This document shows, piece after piece, positions 10,622-20,689 of a stretch of 64,000 nt of DNA; position 1 is the first letter of the stretch, and each line of letters begins with the position of its first letter. This DNA comes from Nitrosopumilus sp. (GTDB taxonomy: Archaea > Thermoproteota > Nitrososphaeria > Nitrososphaerales > Nitrosopumilaceae), in the NCBI GenBank assembly GCA_965218695.1, contig OZ244651.1:608001-672000 (forward strand), read 5' to 3'. The translations under genes were made by a program, and so were the position numbers. Below the pieces are notes generated by a model. That model saw only the letters and a program-made list of their open reading frames with translations, searched no databases and was not told where the DNA came from.

Positions 10622-11056
10622 TTAGTCTGCCTGGTTCTTGCGCTCGTAATCGCTGATGCAGTCGTCCAATTCGTCCCAGAGCTGCGATATCAACGAGTCC
10701 TTGTCTGACTTGGTGTATTTCTTGAATACGGCCTCGACTTCTTCCCTGGTCGGCTCCTCTTTGCCCCGGTTAAAGTACGCCTGGGCCACGTCTTCCCATG
10801 AAAGCCACATGATTGCTTCCATGGCCGGCATCCCAATCCATTCGGGCATGTCGTCTGCCATCCTCATTTTGAGATACTCGCCGTCGCGCACGATCTGCCC
10901 GAAACCTTCTGCCATACCGTCTATGATTTTCTTGGCGTCGTCGTAGCTGGTGCCGGTGGCCTCTGCCGCATGCACCGCTGCCACATACCACTTGATGAAT
11001 TTTTTTTCCTTGATCTCAGTGATAACATGGTTTTGGAATTCGGCTATCTGTTTCAT
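10622..11056 (-). CDS. Hypothetical protein
   Basis: 144-aa ORF with an AT-rich TATA-like element upstream. Confidence 0.7.
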   Translation of the reverse strand: MKQIAEFQNHVITEIKEKKFIKWYVAAVHAAEATGTSYDDAKKIIDGMAEGFGQIVRDGEYLKMRMADDMPEWIGMPAMEAIMWLSWEDVAQAYFNRGKEEPTREEVEAVFKKYTKSDKDSLISQLWDELDDCISDYERKNQAD

Positions 11057-11423
11057 AGTTATTATACGGTGTTAGTACATATAAATATTATGAATACATA
11101 TACTATGTATGGTTCAAACCAAACAAGAACTTCTGACTGTCAATCAGGTGCGTAGTACTGTCCACTGCTATCCGCTCACTTTGACGTAAAAATACGGCAA
11201 AAATCCAATCCCTACGTGGCATTATTGTTGATGTTTTGCAGTCTTTCCAAACGCGACGCGGGGGTAGGTGGGTGGGGTTATCGTGTGTTCAATCACTACA
11301 ACCGTGACTATGACAGCAGACGCCACAGGTAAGCCGTAAACCATGGCCAAAAGAACTCCATCGGCCAGTGTAATCCAACCCGGTTCCTGTTTTTGATGGG
11401 ATTTTGCAAGTGTGTCATGTCAG

Positions 11424-11672
11424 TCAAGGCACGGGCATGGGACTTGAAATGCTCAGATCACCAAACTCCAATACGAGTCCATCCACCTCGCATCTCTCGT
11501 ACCCGAGCTGGTTCTGGAGGTCGCATATGTGGAAGCGGTAAGAGAGCGTGGCCGACTCCTCTTGGGCCGGCAAAAAGTCTGCGACGTACAGGTACACGTA
11601 CGTCATGTACGAGAAGAACACTATCCCAGATACCAGCACAGCGATGACTGCCAACCAGAACAGCGTCCTCAT
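11424..11672 (-). CDS. Small single-pass membrane protein (paralog of 11669-11914)
   Basis: N-terminal TM helix; YRFHICDLQNQLGYERCEVDG. Confidence 0.7.
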   Translation of the reverse strand: MRTLFWLAVIAVLVSGIVFFSYMTYVYLYVADFLPAQEESATLSYRFHICDLQNQLGYERCEVDGLVLEFGDLSISSPMPVP

Positions 11673-11914
11673 GGAGAGATCCTCCCTGACTCGTCCAGAT
11701 TCTTGACCTGGACAAATTCGCCATCAATGAAGCACGCAGGGTAACCCAGATCCCGCTCCAGATCGCAAATCTGCCATTCGTACTCGAGTCTTTTTTCCTC
11801 GGAGAGATGTGGTTTGTCCCCGATTAAACTGAAGGAGAGTGCGGCGAGCACAAACGTGACCAACATCGTTGCTGCTAAAGCAATCGTGATCTTCTTGTAG
11901 GGGAATGCGGTCAT
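11669..11914 (-). CDS. Small single-pass membrane protein (paralog of 11424-11672)
   Basis: N-terminal TM helix; YEWQICDLERDLGYPACFIDG; ATGA overlap with the next gene. Confidence 0.7.
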   Translation of the reverse strand: MTAFPYKKITIALAATMLVTFVLAALSFSLIGDKPHLSEEKRLEYEWQICDLERDLGYPACFIDGEFVQVKNLDESGRISP

Positions 11915-12020
11915 ATTTAAAAAAGAAAGGAAGGTATCGAGGTAAAGTTCTTTGCGAAACTATGTAGTTTTTTGACATAAAACCAGGCCCTCGCGCCGGA
12001 TAGGCGGCAAGTTCTTCAAG

Positions 12021-12167
12021 ATGACTGAGAAAGAGCGCGAGGTTGGATTGAAGTACATGCCATGGCTTGCATACACCAACAACCCGGACATTACCTGGAT
12101 CAAGCCGTATAAGATTATTCCATTGGATGAAGAACAGGCAGCCAAGCCCCAAGCCGATCACTTGTAA
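12021..12167 (+). CDS. Hypothetical 48-aa protein
   Basis: MTEKEREVGLKYMPWLAYTNNPDITWIKPYKIIPLDEEQAAKPQADHL; its stop abuts the TnpB element. Confidence 0.35.
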   Translation: MTEKEREVGLKYMPWLAYTNNPDITWIKPYKIIPLDEEQAAKPQADHL

Positions 12168-12210
12168 CGAGTTCTGCCGCGCTTAAATCAAATGCGGCCC
12201 ATAATTACAC

Positions 12211-13560
12211 ATGTACAAGACGGTCCGCGTGCCAATATACTATGATTCAAGATTCGAGGAGTCCTTCGAGGAGCAGCTGAAAAATTACGATACCGCGTAC
12301 AAGCACGCGATAGCCTGGTATTACGACGAGGCCGAAGCCGTGCGGGAGTTTTTGGAGGAACAGGGCGCGGAGCCGGATTCCATACCCGGACTGGTATGGA
12401 CGAGCCTGCCCGGAACGTACCATGCGTACTACAGGCTTACCGAATTCAGGCGCGGCAAAAACCTGGGACCCGCGCGCCTGCAAAGGGCCGCGTGCTGCCG
12501 CGCGCGTGAGGCGGTTTCCAAGTTCCTGCATTCCAACATGAAGAAGCGATGGTCCAGAGACAGACTGGCCAAAGACGGCCGCAAGCCCAGATGCAAAAAA
12601 CCAGAAACGCTTCTAAAAAACCAACACACCGTGCTATCGCAGGCCGCACCCATAGCCAAAAAAGGTGGCATGTTGTACCTGCCTGGCGTTGGCCAAATCC
12701 AACTGGCCCGCAAGATACCCAACATGGATATGCGGTCGTACTCATTAACAAGGAAGAGCGGATACATTGAACTGCATGTCTACATACGTGAACCAGATCC
12801 CCCTCTGAAGAGGAATGCGGGCGAGCCGATAATCTGCATAGACGCAGGAGTAAAGCACGCGCTGGCAGTATCGCTCCAGCAGGACGGAACCAACCACGTC
12901 TGGTTCATGGATCCGCCAGAAAATGCAAGAAGGCACAAGGACGATGATATCTCCTGGCTGTACTCCAAGCGTTCCAAGAAGAAGCGCGGCTCCCGCGACT
13001 ACAAGGCAATAACCAGACGGATCCAGGCCAAAGCCAAAAAGATTGCAAACCGCGCCCAAAACTGGGAGCGCCAGGCTGCGAGCTTTTTGTCCGGACTTGC
13101 CGGCAAGATAGTCGTGGAGGATCTGAACCTTCAGGCAATGGCCAAGCGAAAATACGACACGCCAGGCAACCGCGGTTTGAACCGCAGCATGGCATATTCT
13201 CGGATCGGCTCCCTTCTGGATACGATAGAATGGGGTTGCAAAAAGGGCGGCACCATACATGAAACCGTGCCCGCAGCATACACGTCCCAAACGTGCTGCA
13301 TGTGCGGGACCACAGATTCCAGATCCAGGGAAAACCAGGCAGACTTTCACTGCACGTGTTGCAGGTCCGCAATGAACGCGGACGAAAACGCCTCCGTGAG
13401 CATATCGGTTCGGGGAGGCGCGGCGGCAGGTATGGCCGTCGTCAAGCAGGAGGACGGTGCCCGTTTGTTCGGGCTTCCAAGGAAGGAACCGCCGACGCGC
13501 GGCCATTCCATGATAGCTCAAATTGCTCGGAGCCGCCGGACTGTCGGCAGACCCCGATAA
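12211..13560 (+). CDS. tnpB: TnpB RNA-guided endonuclease (IS200/IS605/IS607-derived, no TnpA)
   Basis: RuvC triad CIDAG / VVEDL / NADENAS; YTSQTCCMCG...FHCTCC zinc finger. Confidence 0.9.
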   Translation: MYKTVRVPIYYDSRFEESFEEQLKNYDTAYKHAIAWYYDEAEAVREFLEEQGAEPDSIPGLVWTSLPGTYHAYYRLTEFRRGKNLGPARLQRAACCRAREAVSKFLHSNMKKRWSRDRLAKDGRKPRCKKPETLLKNQHTVLSQAAPIAKKGGMLYLPGVGQIQLARKIPNMDMRSYSLTRKSGYIELHVYIREPDPPLKRNAGEPIICIDAGVKHALAVSLQQDGTNHVWFMDPPENARRHKDDDISWLYSKRSKKKRGSRDYKAITRRIQAKAKKIANRAQNWERQAASFLSGLAGKIVVEDLNLQAMAKRKYDTPGNRGLNRSMAYSRIGSLLDTIEWGCKKGGTIHETVPAAYTSQTCCMCGTTDSRSRENQADFHCTCCRSAMNADENASVSISVRGGAAAGMAVVKQEDGARLFGLPRKEPPTRGHSMIAQIARSRRTVGRPR

Positions 13561-13767
13561 GTTAACAATACCTCGTACGCCCTGACCAGCCTGCGCTTGT
13601 CCGGATACGTCTCTGTCAGGTACTGCATTGCCGACTTTAGCGCAGATCTCTGATTGCTTGCCGATATGTCAGACCACTTGTGCTCGGACATGGGTTGGCC
13701 AGGACTGCCGGCGGTTGGAAACTGCATGACGTTTTGCCCCTTTTAACGAAAGCAGCCACGATCCAGC

Positions 13768-14037
13768 ATGGCAAAGGATTTCCAGGTCAAATACGACGGG
13801 CATGATGCCGTGCTGGCCGTGGGCGACTCCGTAACGTGCAAGACAGACGACAACAAGCAGCACGCGTTCTTTGACGTGCAGCTGGACCGCGTGTGTTTGG
13901 CGGCGCTGTCGGACAAAAAGTCAGTCAGGCTCAACTGGTTCGTGCAGGACGGCGTGGAGACGGCGTCGTTCAAGTCCAAGTACGCGGCTAGAATAGTGGA
14001 AGAGATACGCGCCGGGGGTGCTGCGCTGCATGGATGA
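13768..14037 (+). CDS. Hypothetical protein
   Basis: 89-aa ORF; CCCC-TTTTAA 27 nt upstream. Confidence 0.65.
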   Translation: MAKDFQVKYDGHDAVLAVGDSVTCKTDDNKQHAFFDVQLDRVCLAALSDKKSVRLNWFVQDGVETASFKSKYAARIVEEIRAGGAALHG

Positions 14038-15442
14038 TGATAATGACGGCATAGACAACATGTATGACGTGGACAGGCCTGCAGAAGGTGCCGGCCAGGC
14101 AGAGGCCCAAGAACCGGCCGGAAGCCGGAAGTCCGCAGAAGGCCCGGAACCGGCCGGAAGCCGGCCTGCAGGCGGGCCCGCAGAAACAAAGGAGTCTGAC
14201 AAGGATGCTGCGAATTCGGACGGCAAGAAATACTCGTCCACCGTCGAGCAGGGCACGGAGTTTGAAAAGCAGGTGGCCGATCTCATGAAATCATACGGCT
14301 ACAATGTGACGCACGACGTCACGTTGGTTGGGACTTCAGGAAACACGCACCAGATAGACGTGTATGCCGAGTACAAGTGCCCGATGCACACCAGCAAGAT
14401 GATAGTCGAGACCAAGTCGTACAAACACAATCTGAGCAAGGACATAGTGATGAAGCTGATGCGCCAGATGGAGGATCTCGGCATAGACAGGACGGTGCTG
14501 GCAACAACCAGCGACTTTTCCATCGGCGCCAAAAAAGAGGCAGCCGCGTACGGCACCATAGAACTGTGGAACGGCGACAAGATCAAGGAATTCATGGCAA
14601 ACAAGGGAATTGACACAAGCGACGCGGGACTGCTCGGTGCTGCCAAGCGATTCATACGGGCCAAGGTCAACGGCAAGCGGATCCGCAAGAACGCGTCCAA
14701 ATCCGCAAAAAGCAGGTCCGGCGGCGCCATATTCGGCAGGGGCAAACCGAAGGAAAGCGTCACCCAGGTCGAGATGGTATCGTACCCGTATCTGGACGTC
14801 AGCGTCCAGACCAACATAACCAGGATGGAAAAGACCGGCTGGAGGAAGCGCGAATCCGTGACCCGCACGGTGGTGGAACACGTCACGCTGGACGGCCGCA
14901 CGGGCGTGCTGGCGGATTTTGCGAAAAACGGCCCGTCGTACAAGTATGCGTATCTTGATTCCATGCTTGACGACGAGATGGCGATCCTGCACGAAGTCGC
15001 CGGAAAGCAGTCGTTCGGGCGTGAAGAGATCAGCAAGACCGGCCTGTCGTCGGGTGCCGCAAACACAGCCTTGCTGAAGATGGCCGGCATCGGCATCGTC
15101 AAACAAATGGGCACAAAACCAGTCAAGTACGTCTCGAAAGCGCCGTTTCCGGCGGCTCCGGCCGCGTTGAGGGGCATAGGGAAACTGTTCGGCAAGGGCA
15201 TGATTGACCGGGATCCCGGGAACCGAATAATAGACATCCGCGCCAGGATCGGCGACATGGAAAAGAGCCTTGGCAGATATTGGAATGGATGCAAGGTCAT
15301 TTCAGTCGAGCAGGTATATTACCCGTACTATGACGTGCGCTACGAATCCACCGACGACAGCAAGCGCAACGAGATGATAGACGGCATCACCGGCAGGCCG
15401 CAAAAGTACCTGGCAAAAGTCATGGCAGCCGACGATGATTGA
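14030..15442 (+). CDS. Mrr-like restriction endonuclease domain protein with C-terminal extension
   Basis: GTEFEKQVADLM..GY, QIDVYA, IVETKSY, LATTSDFS..A, IELWNGD (Mrr_cat pattern); disordered N-terminus with an EPAGSR repeat. Confidence 0.8.
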   Translation: MDDDNDGIDNMYDVDRPAEGAGQAEAQEPAGSRKSAEGPEPAGSRPAGGPAETKESDKDAANSDGKKYSSTVEQGTEFEKQVADLMKSYGYNVTHDVTLVGTSGNTHQIDVYAEYKCPMHTSKMIVETKSYKHNLSKDIVMKLMRQMEDLGIDRTVLATTSDFSIGAKKEAAAYGTIELWNGDKIKEFMANKGIDTSDAGLLGAAKRFIRAKVNGKRIRKNASKSAKSRSGGAIFGRGKPKESVTQVEMVSYPYLDVSVQTNITRMEKTGWRKRESVTRTVVEHVTLDGRTGVLADFAKNGPSYKYAYLDSMLDDEMAILHEVAGKQSFGREEISKTGLSSGAANTALLKMAGIGIVKQMGTKPVKYVSKAPFPAAPAALRGIGKLFGKGMIDRDPGNRIIDIRARIGDMEKSLGRYWNGCKVISVEQVYYPYYDVRYESTDDSKRNEMIDGITGRPQKYLAKVMAADDD

Positions 15443-15472
15443 TTCTTATACAGTTTTGGACCATTCTGTTCC

Positions 15473-15601
15473 ATGGAATTGATATTCCATTGTCCTGGTT
15501 GCGGCCATTGCATGTCATACGCGAGCCATGAATACGACAGGTTGGAGCGCGACTGCGAGGATTGGGACGTTGGCGGATGTCCGTCATGCGGCAAAAAATA
15601 A
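15473..15601 (+). CDS. 42-aa CPxCG zinc-ribbon micro-protein
   Basis: MELIFHCPGCGHC...GGCPSCGKK; TC-TTATA 27 nt upstream; below ORF-track cutoff. Confidence 0.7.
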   Translation: MELIFHCPGCGHCMSYASHEYDRLERDCEDWDVGGCPSCGKK

Positions 15602-15714
15602 TTTGGCGCGTAGTGCTTTTACCATTTTCCCCGCATCATTACGTGAAAAAAACCTGTGATATCTGCTGGTATCAATATGACCGCAGGACGCGTAATTCTT
15701 GTCCCAACTGCGGG

Positions 15715-16206
15715 TCAAGCGATTAACCCGGCCCACCTTTTCACGTCTATCGGGTCCAGCATGGTGCATTCTATGCCAGCCGCCTTCAGCAGTTTGTCGT
15801 CATTTTCAGCATACGTCCCAATGCAGACAATCCTCCTGATTCCTGCCGTGATTAACATTTTGGTGCACTCCAAACATGGAACCAGCGTCGTGTACATTGT
15901 GGAGCCGCCGACTGCCACGCCCAGCGTGGCGCAGTGCACTATGGCGTTGGATTCTGCGTGGCTGCAAAGGCAGCGTTCAAGTGATTCGCCCGATCTTATC
16001 TTGCCTGCCTTTCGTTTTGCGCACCTGTCGCACCCGCCCTCGTAACAGTTGGCTAGCCCGGACGGCGTGCCGTTGTATCCCGCAGAAAGCTGTATGTGGT
16101 CACGTACAATCACGGCCCCGATCTTGCGCGTGAGGCAGTTGGAGCGCAATTTGACCAGCTCGGCCTGCAGCATGAAGTACGTGTCCCAGTCCGGCCTTGC
16201 GTCCAT
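15715..16206 (-). CDS. dCMP deaminase
   Basis: RPDWDTYFM, RSNCLTRKIGAVIV, GYNGTP, HAESNA, PCLEC zinc motifs. Confidence 0.92.
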   Translation of the reverse strand: MDARPDWDTYFMLQAELVKLRSNCLTRKIGAVIVRDHIQLSAGYNGTPSGLANCYEGGCDRCAKRKAGKIRSGESLERCLCSHAESNAIVHCATLGVAVGGSTMYTTLVPCLECTKMLITAGIRRIVCIGTYAENDDKLLKAAGIECTMLDPIDVKRWAGLIA

Positions 16207-16279
16207 GCATTGAATGGACGGTTTTGTTTTAAGGAGAACTTCAAGTTGGTTCCTTTTATCCAAACACGCCCTTTATTCC

Positions 16280-16465
16280 ATGCCGCCTGTAGTAATACGG
16301 ATAACCGAGTTGAGCTGCGAGCATTGCGGCCATTCATTTTTACGGGCACGGCGAGTTTTACCGGATGGTTCAGGATGCCAACGCCTGGGGGAAGAACGGC
16401 TGTCCGCAATGCGGCAGACGCTAGGCCGTAATTTTCCGTTCTGCATGATGCGCCCTAGTGTGTAA
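16280..16465 (+). CDS. Small protein with a CxxC motif
   Basis: MPPVVIRITELSCEHCGHSF; CC-TTTTAT 26 nt upstream. Confidence 0.5.
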   Translation: MPPVVIRITELSCEHCGHSFLRARRVLPDGSGCQRLGEERLSAMRQTLGRNFPFCMMRPSV

Positions 16466-16517
16466 AGACAGGCGTTAATGAGATGAACTCCTTTTATCTG
16501 ATTCAAATCTGCCCTGC

Positions 16518-19500
16518 ATGCCAGAGATTAGTCGGTTCAAAAAGCGAAGCGGCACGGTCGTGGATTTTGACTCTGACAAGATAAAGAACGTCATACAGCG
16601 GGCGCTGTCGGCAGACGGCGGCGACGAGTCTTTGGCAGAATCGCTTACCGCCCAGGTGGTAGAACGGCTCGGCAAGGAGGGACAGGAGATGCAGTCCTCC
16701 GAGCACGTCCAGGACTTGGTCGAACTGGTGCTTATCGACAACGGCCACAGCAGCGTCGCAAAGTCGCTCATCATTCACCGCCACGAGAACCGCAAACTCA
16801 AGGACGAGAAGAAGGCGCTGCTGAACGTAAAGGTGCTGGATCCGGTGGCCAAGAAATTCGGGATCAACAGCCTGCGCGTGCTGGCCTCGCGCTGCCTGGC
16901 AAAGAACCCGGACGGCGAGATTATCGAGACGCCCACGCAGTGCCTTGAAAGGGTGGCAGTCGGAGTCGGCCTGGCCGGCATACTGTACGGACGCGAAGTG
17001 TTTGACCGCGACGGCGGGCACGCGCAGGACAGGTCCGAGGCGATAGCATACCTGGAAAAACTCGACGCGTTTGACAACAAGTTCTACATTGGCAAATATT
17101 ACCTGAACAAGTGGCATTTTCGCTCCCTGATAAACCAGTACGTGCGGCTTTGCGACGCCGGCTGCATGAAGGCGTCGTTCAAGACCGTGCTTACCATGCT
17201 GGCCAAGAACCGGTTCGCGTGCCTGGAGACGACAATCCAGCACTATTATGCCATGATGGAGGCACAGGATTTCCTGCCCAATTCCCCGACGCTGATGAAC
17301 GCCGGGGGCCGGCTGGGCCAACTGTCAGCGTGCTTCGTGCTGGACATGGAAGACAATCTGGATGACATCATGAAGACTACCAGCCAGACGGCCGTAATAT
17401 TCCAGAGCGGGGGCGGGGTCGGAATCAACTATTCAAAAATAAGGCCGGAAGGCGAGATGGTCGCCTCGACATTCGGCGTCGCGTCCGGCCCGGTATCGTT
17501 CATGAATATCATCAACGAGGTGACTGAAGTAGTCAAGCAGGGTGGAAAGAGGCGCGGCGCCAACATGGGGATCATGGAGGTCTGGCACCCGGACATCGAG
17601 AAGTTCATCACCAAAAAGATGGAGCCCGGCGAGCTGGAGAACTTCAACGTCAGCGTCGGCGTGTGGGAGGACTTTTGGGATGCCCTGGAAAAGGGTGAGG
17701 AATACTACGTGTTGCACGACCCGCGGAACCAGAAGGTCGTCGGCAGGATAAACCTGCACCATTTGGTTGATGTCATAGCGCACTCCGCGTGGGAAAGCGG
17801 CGAGCCTGGCATGCTGTTCTTTGACCGCATCAACCAGTACAACGTGTTTGCCAAGGCGAGGAACGGGCCGCTGAGGGCTACAAACCCGTGCGTGACTGCA
17901 GACACGCTGGTATTCACGAAGTTCGGCCTGCAGAAGATTGGCGACATGTGGGACACGCAGGAGGACGTCATACCGGCCATAGATGGCAGGATGGGTGCCG
18001 AGCCATTCAGGTGCGGCTCAGCTGTCAAGGCAAGCGGCGTGAAACCAGTGTACAGGTTGGTAACCCGCGAAGGCTACGAGGTCAGGCTTACCGCGGATCA
18101 CAAGGTCATGACGGAACGGGGCTGGGTAAGGGCAATTGATCTTAAGGGGTCTGACCAGATATATCTGACGAACCGTCCTGGCGGGTTTGGCGATCAGGGG
18201 GATGCCAAACTCGGGAAGGTATTGGGCTGGCTTGTCGGGGACGGGACGCTTTACGGCAAGAGGGCAGTACTGCCGTTCTTTGGCGAAAAGCAGGAATTGG
18301 CAACAGAGTTTGCCGGCATGATGGAGGCGTGCGTGCCCGCGCCGGTCGGTACCAGAAAACACTATTCCATCGGGGCCTCAAAGATCAAGGACCGGGACGA
18401 GACGCGCGTGGGATCGATGAGGTTTTACAGGGTGGCTTCCGCTCATGGGTTGACGCCCGGGCACAAGCTCGTGGTGCCTGAGAGCGTGTTCCTCGGGACC
18501 AAGGCCATGCAGGCAGGATTCTTGAGTGCGCTGTTTACCGCCGACGGGCACGTGGAAGGCGGCAGACACCGTGGCACAGCTATTATACTCTCGTCAATCT
18601 CGCACGAATTGCTGTCCGGCGTGCAAAAACTGTTACTCAATTTTGGCATAGCCAGCAGGATATACAGGGACAGGTGGAACGAACGAGTCAAGATGATGCC
18701 GGATGGCAGGGGCGACAAAAAGGAATACAGGTGCAAGCCGTGCCACCAGATACAGATAAGCAAGGACAACGTACTCAGATTCAAATCCGAAATAGGTTTC
18801 ATGCTAAAATCAAAAAATAACAGAATTGAATTAAATTTGTCATGCAACAAGAACGGCCCCAAATCTGAACTCTTCCTGGCTAGGTTCAAGGAGATAGTTC
18901 CAGAAGGAAATGAGCAGGTGTTTGACATTACCGAGCCCAACACACATTCGTTTGCCGCAAACGGCATAATCGTATCAAATTGCGCCGAACAAAGCATGTA
19001 TCCCTATGAATCCTGCAACCTCGGCTCCATAAACCTGTCCAACATGACAAGGGACGGCAAGTTCGACTGGGAAAGATACGAGGCAGCGATACGCGTCTGC
19101 ACCAGGTTCCTGGATTCCATCATAGACGTCACGAACTATCCGATACCGGAGATTGAAAAGGCCAGCATAGAAAGCAGGCGCACCGGGCTGGGGGTAATGG
19201 GCGTGGCCGACCTGCTGTACAAGCTCGGCATACCGTACAACTCCAAGAAGGGATACGAACTGCAGGACAGGCTGGCCGAGGCGCTGTCATACTATTCCAT
19301 GGACGAGAGCGTCGCGCTTGCAAAAGAACGCGGCGAGTTCGCGCTGTGCCCAAAATCCGAATACCCTGACGGCAAGATCCCGATTGCCGGATACTATGAA
19401 AAGGCCGCAAGGCACGACTGGGACGGCCTCATCGAACGGATCAAGGAGCACGGCATACGAAACGTCCTCACCACCACGATAGCCCCCACAGGCTCGCTGG

Positions 19501-20210
19501 CCATGATAGCAGAATGCTCAAACGGCATGGAGCCGGTATTTGCCATATCGTATGAAAAGCGCGTCGCGGTGGGCAAGTTTGTATACACGAACAGCGTGGT
19601 GCGCCGGATCTTGGAGGAAGAGGGCATATACAGCGACGAGCTGGCGCAAAAGATATCCGACAGCGGCGGCTCGCTGCGCGGGATTGCCGAGATTCCGGCC
19701 AAGTACCGCAACCTGTTTGTCACGGCCATGGACATACACTGGGCGGACCACGTCATGGCGCAGGCGACGTGGCAGAACTGGATAGGAAACGCCATCAGCA
19801 AGACGATAAACATGCCGCACGACGCCTCCCCTGAGTCGGTAAAGTCGGCGTACCTGCTGGCCCACGAGCTTGGCGTGAAGGGGATTACCATTTACCGCGA
19901 CGGCTCCAGGCACGCGCAGGTGCTGCACAAGTCGGGCGGGGGGAAGGACTCGTGCACCGCACCGGTCATGCCGCCCAGCAAACACGTCATGGAATACGTG
20001 CAAAACGGCATCACCAACGCCTACGTGCGGAAGAACATGAGCGGCCTGGACGGCACGGTGCAGATAAGCGTGGAGCGGCCCCACAGGGAACCTACAGTCC
20101 AGGACAAGCAGGAACGCGACATCTGCCCTAACTGCAAGAGCCGCTTGACGTTTGCCGAAGGCTGCTCGATGTGCGTCGAGTGCGGGTACAGTGGCTGCTC
20201 GTCTGGATGA
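16518..20210 (+). CDS. nrdJ: Class II (adenosylcobalamin-dependent) ribonucleotide reductase with ATP cone, intein and C-terminal zinc ribbon
   Basis: ATP cone KKRSG..VDFDSDKI; PNSPTLMNAG, QLSACFV, RRGANMG, TNP|C-A-E-Q, TIAPTG, ISKTIN, GVKGITIYRDG, EGCSMCVECGYS. Confidence 0.95.
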   Translation: MPEISRFKKRSGTVVDFDSDKIKNVIQRALSADGGDESLAESLTAQVVERLGKEGQEMQSSEHVQDLVELVLIDNGHSSVAKSLIIHRHENRKLKDEKKALLNVKVLDPVAKKFGINSLRVLASRCLAKNPDGEIIETPTQCLERVAVGVGLAGILYGREVFDRDGGHAQDRSEAIAYLEKLDAFDNKFYIGKYYLNKWHFRSLINQYVRLCDAGCMKASFKTVLTMLAKNRFACLETTIQHYYAMMEAQDFLPNSPTLMNAGGRLGQLSACFVLDMEDNLDDIMKTTSQTAVIFQSGGGVGINYSKIRPEGEMVASTFGVASGPVSFMNIINEVTEVVKQGGKRRGANMGIMEVWHPDIEKFITKKMEPGELENFNVSVGVWEDFWDALEKGEEYYVLHDPRNQKVVGRINLHHLVDVIAHSAWESGEPGMLFFDRINQYNVFAKARNGPLRATNPCVTADTLVFTKFGLQKIGDMWDTQEDVIPAIDGRMGAEPFRCGSAVKASGVKPVYRLVTREGYEVRLTADHKVMTERGWVRAIDLKGSDQIYLTNRPGGFGDQGDAKLGKVLGWLVGDGTLYGKRAVLPFFGEKQELATEFAGMMEACVPAPVGTRKHYSIGASKIKDRDETRVGSMRFYRVASAHGLTPGHKLVVPESVFLGTKAMQAGFLSALFTADGHVEGGRHRGTAIILSSISHELLSGVQKLLLNFGIASRIYRDRWNERVKMMPDGRGDKKEYRCKPCHQIQISKDNVLRFKSEIGFMLKSKNNRIELNLSCNKNGPKSELFLARFKEIVPEGNEQVFDITEPNTHSFAANGIIVSNCAEQSMYPYESCNLGSINLSNMTRDGKFDWERYEAAIRVCTRFLDSIIDVTNYPIPEIEKASIESRRTGLGVMGVADLLYKLGIPYNSKKGYELQDRLAEALSYYSMDESVALAKERGEFALCPKSEYPDGKIPIAGYYEKAARHDWDGLIERIKEHGIRNVLTTTIAPTGSLAMIAECSNGMEPVFAISYEKRVAVGKFVYTNSVVRRILEEEGIYSDELAQKISDSGGSLRGIAEIPAKYRNLFVTAMDIHWADHVMAQATWQNWIGNAISKTINMPHDASPESVKSAYLLAHELGVKGITIYRDGSRHAQVLHKSGGGKDSCTAPVMPPSKHVMEYVQNGITNAYVRKNMSGLDGTVQISVERPHREPTVQDKQERDICPNCKSRLTFAEGCSMCVECGYSGCSSG
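17889..18980 (+). mobile_element. Intein with LAGLIDADG homing endonuclease in RNR (364 aa)
   Basis: Starts CVTADT, block B LTADH, LGWLVGDG and FLSALFTADG, ends NGIIVSN before the +1 Cys of NP|CAE. Confidence 0.92.
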
Positions 20211-20258
20211 GTCCAGTCCGCATCAGACTGCCTTTTTAGCAAACCACGCAATGCTTGC

Positions 20259-20627
20259 ATGGTAACGACCGTGCGCCTGATGTACGCGCTGCTGGGAGGC
20301 GGTTCCATGAAGACCGACGGGGCAAAGGCCGGATGGCTGGCCGGGTTCGTCAGGAACATGCCCGACGGGAACGCGGCAATCGTGTACGGCATGTGCGCCG
20401 CGTGCGCGTACATCGGACGCGAAAACAAGGCATACAAGGAGTTGGAAATCGGCCATGCTGCAAATTACAGGGATTCAATATTGCGTGCAATCGACGTGTC
20501 GATGCGGTCCAGAACAGACGGCGGCCTGCGGTGCGCAAAATGCAAGGACGGCATCGACATCACCGACGAGATAATCCAGAACTACAGGAACGGCAAGATA
20601 TTCTGTGCCGCGTGCGCGAAGCGCTGA
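20259..20627 (+). CDS. Hypothetical protein with C-terminal zinc ribbon
   Basis: CAKC...FCAAC; CC-TTTTTA 26 nt upstream. Confidence 0.7.
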   Translation: MVTTVRLMYALLGGGSMKTDGAKAGWLAGFVRNMPDGNAAIVYGMCAACAYIGRENKAYKELEIGHAANYRDSILRAIDVSMRSRTDGGLRCAKCKDGIDITDEIIQNYRNGKIFCAACAKR

Positions 20628-20689
20628 CATGAAGCGGGTGCCAGAACGCGGCTAACAACAATTTTATAAAATCCATACCATTGCACGGT

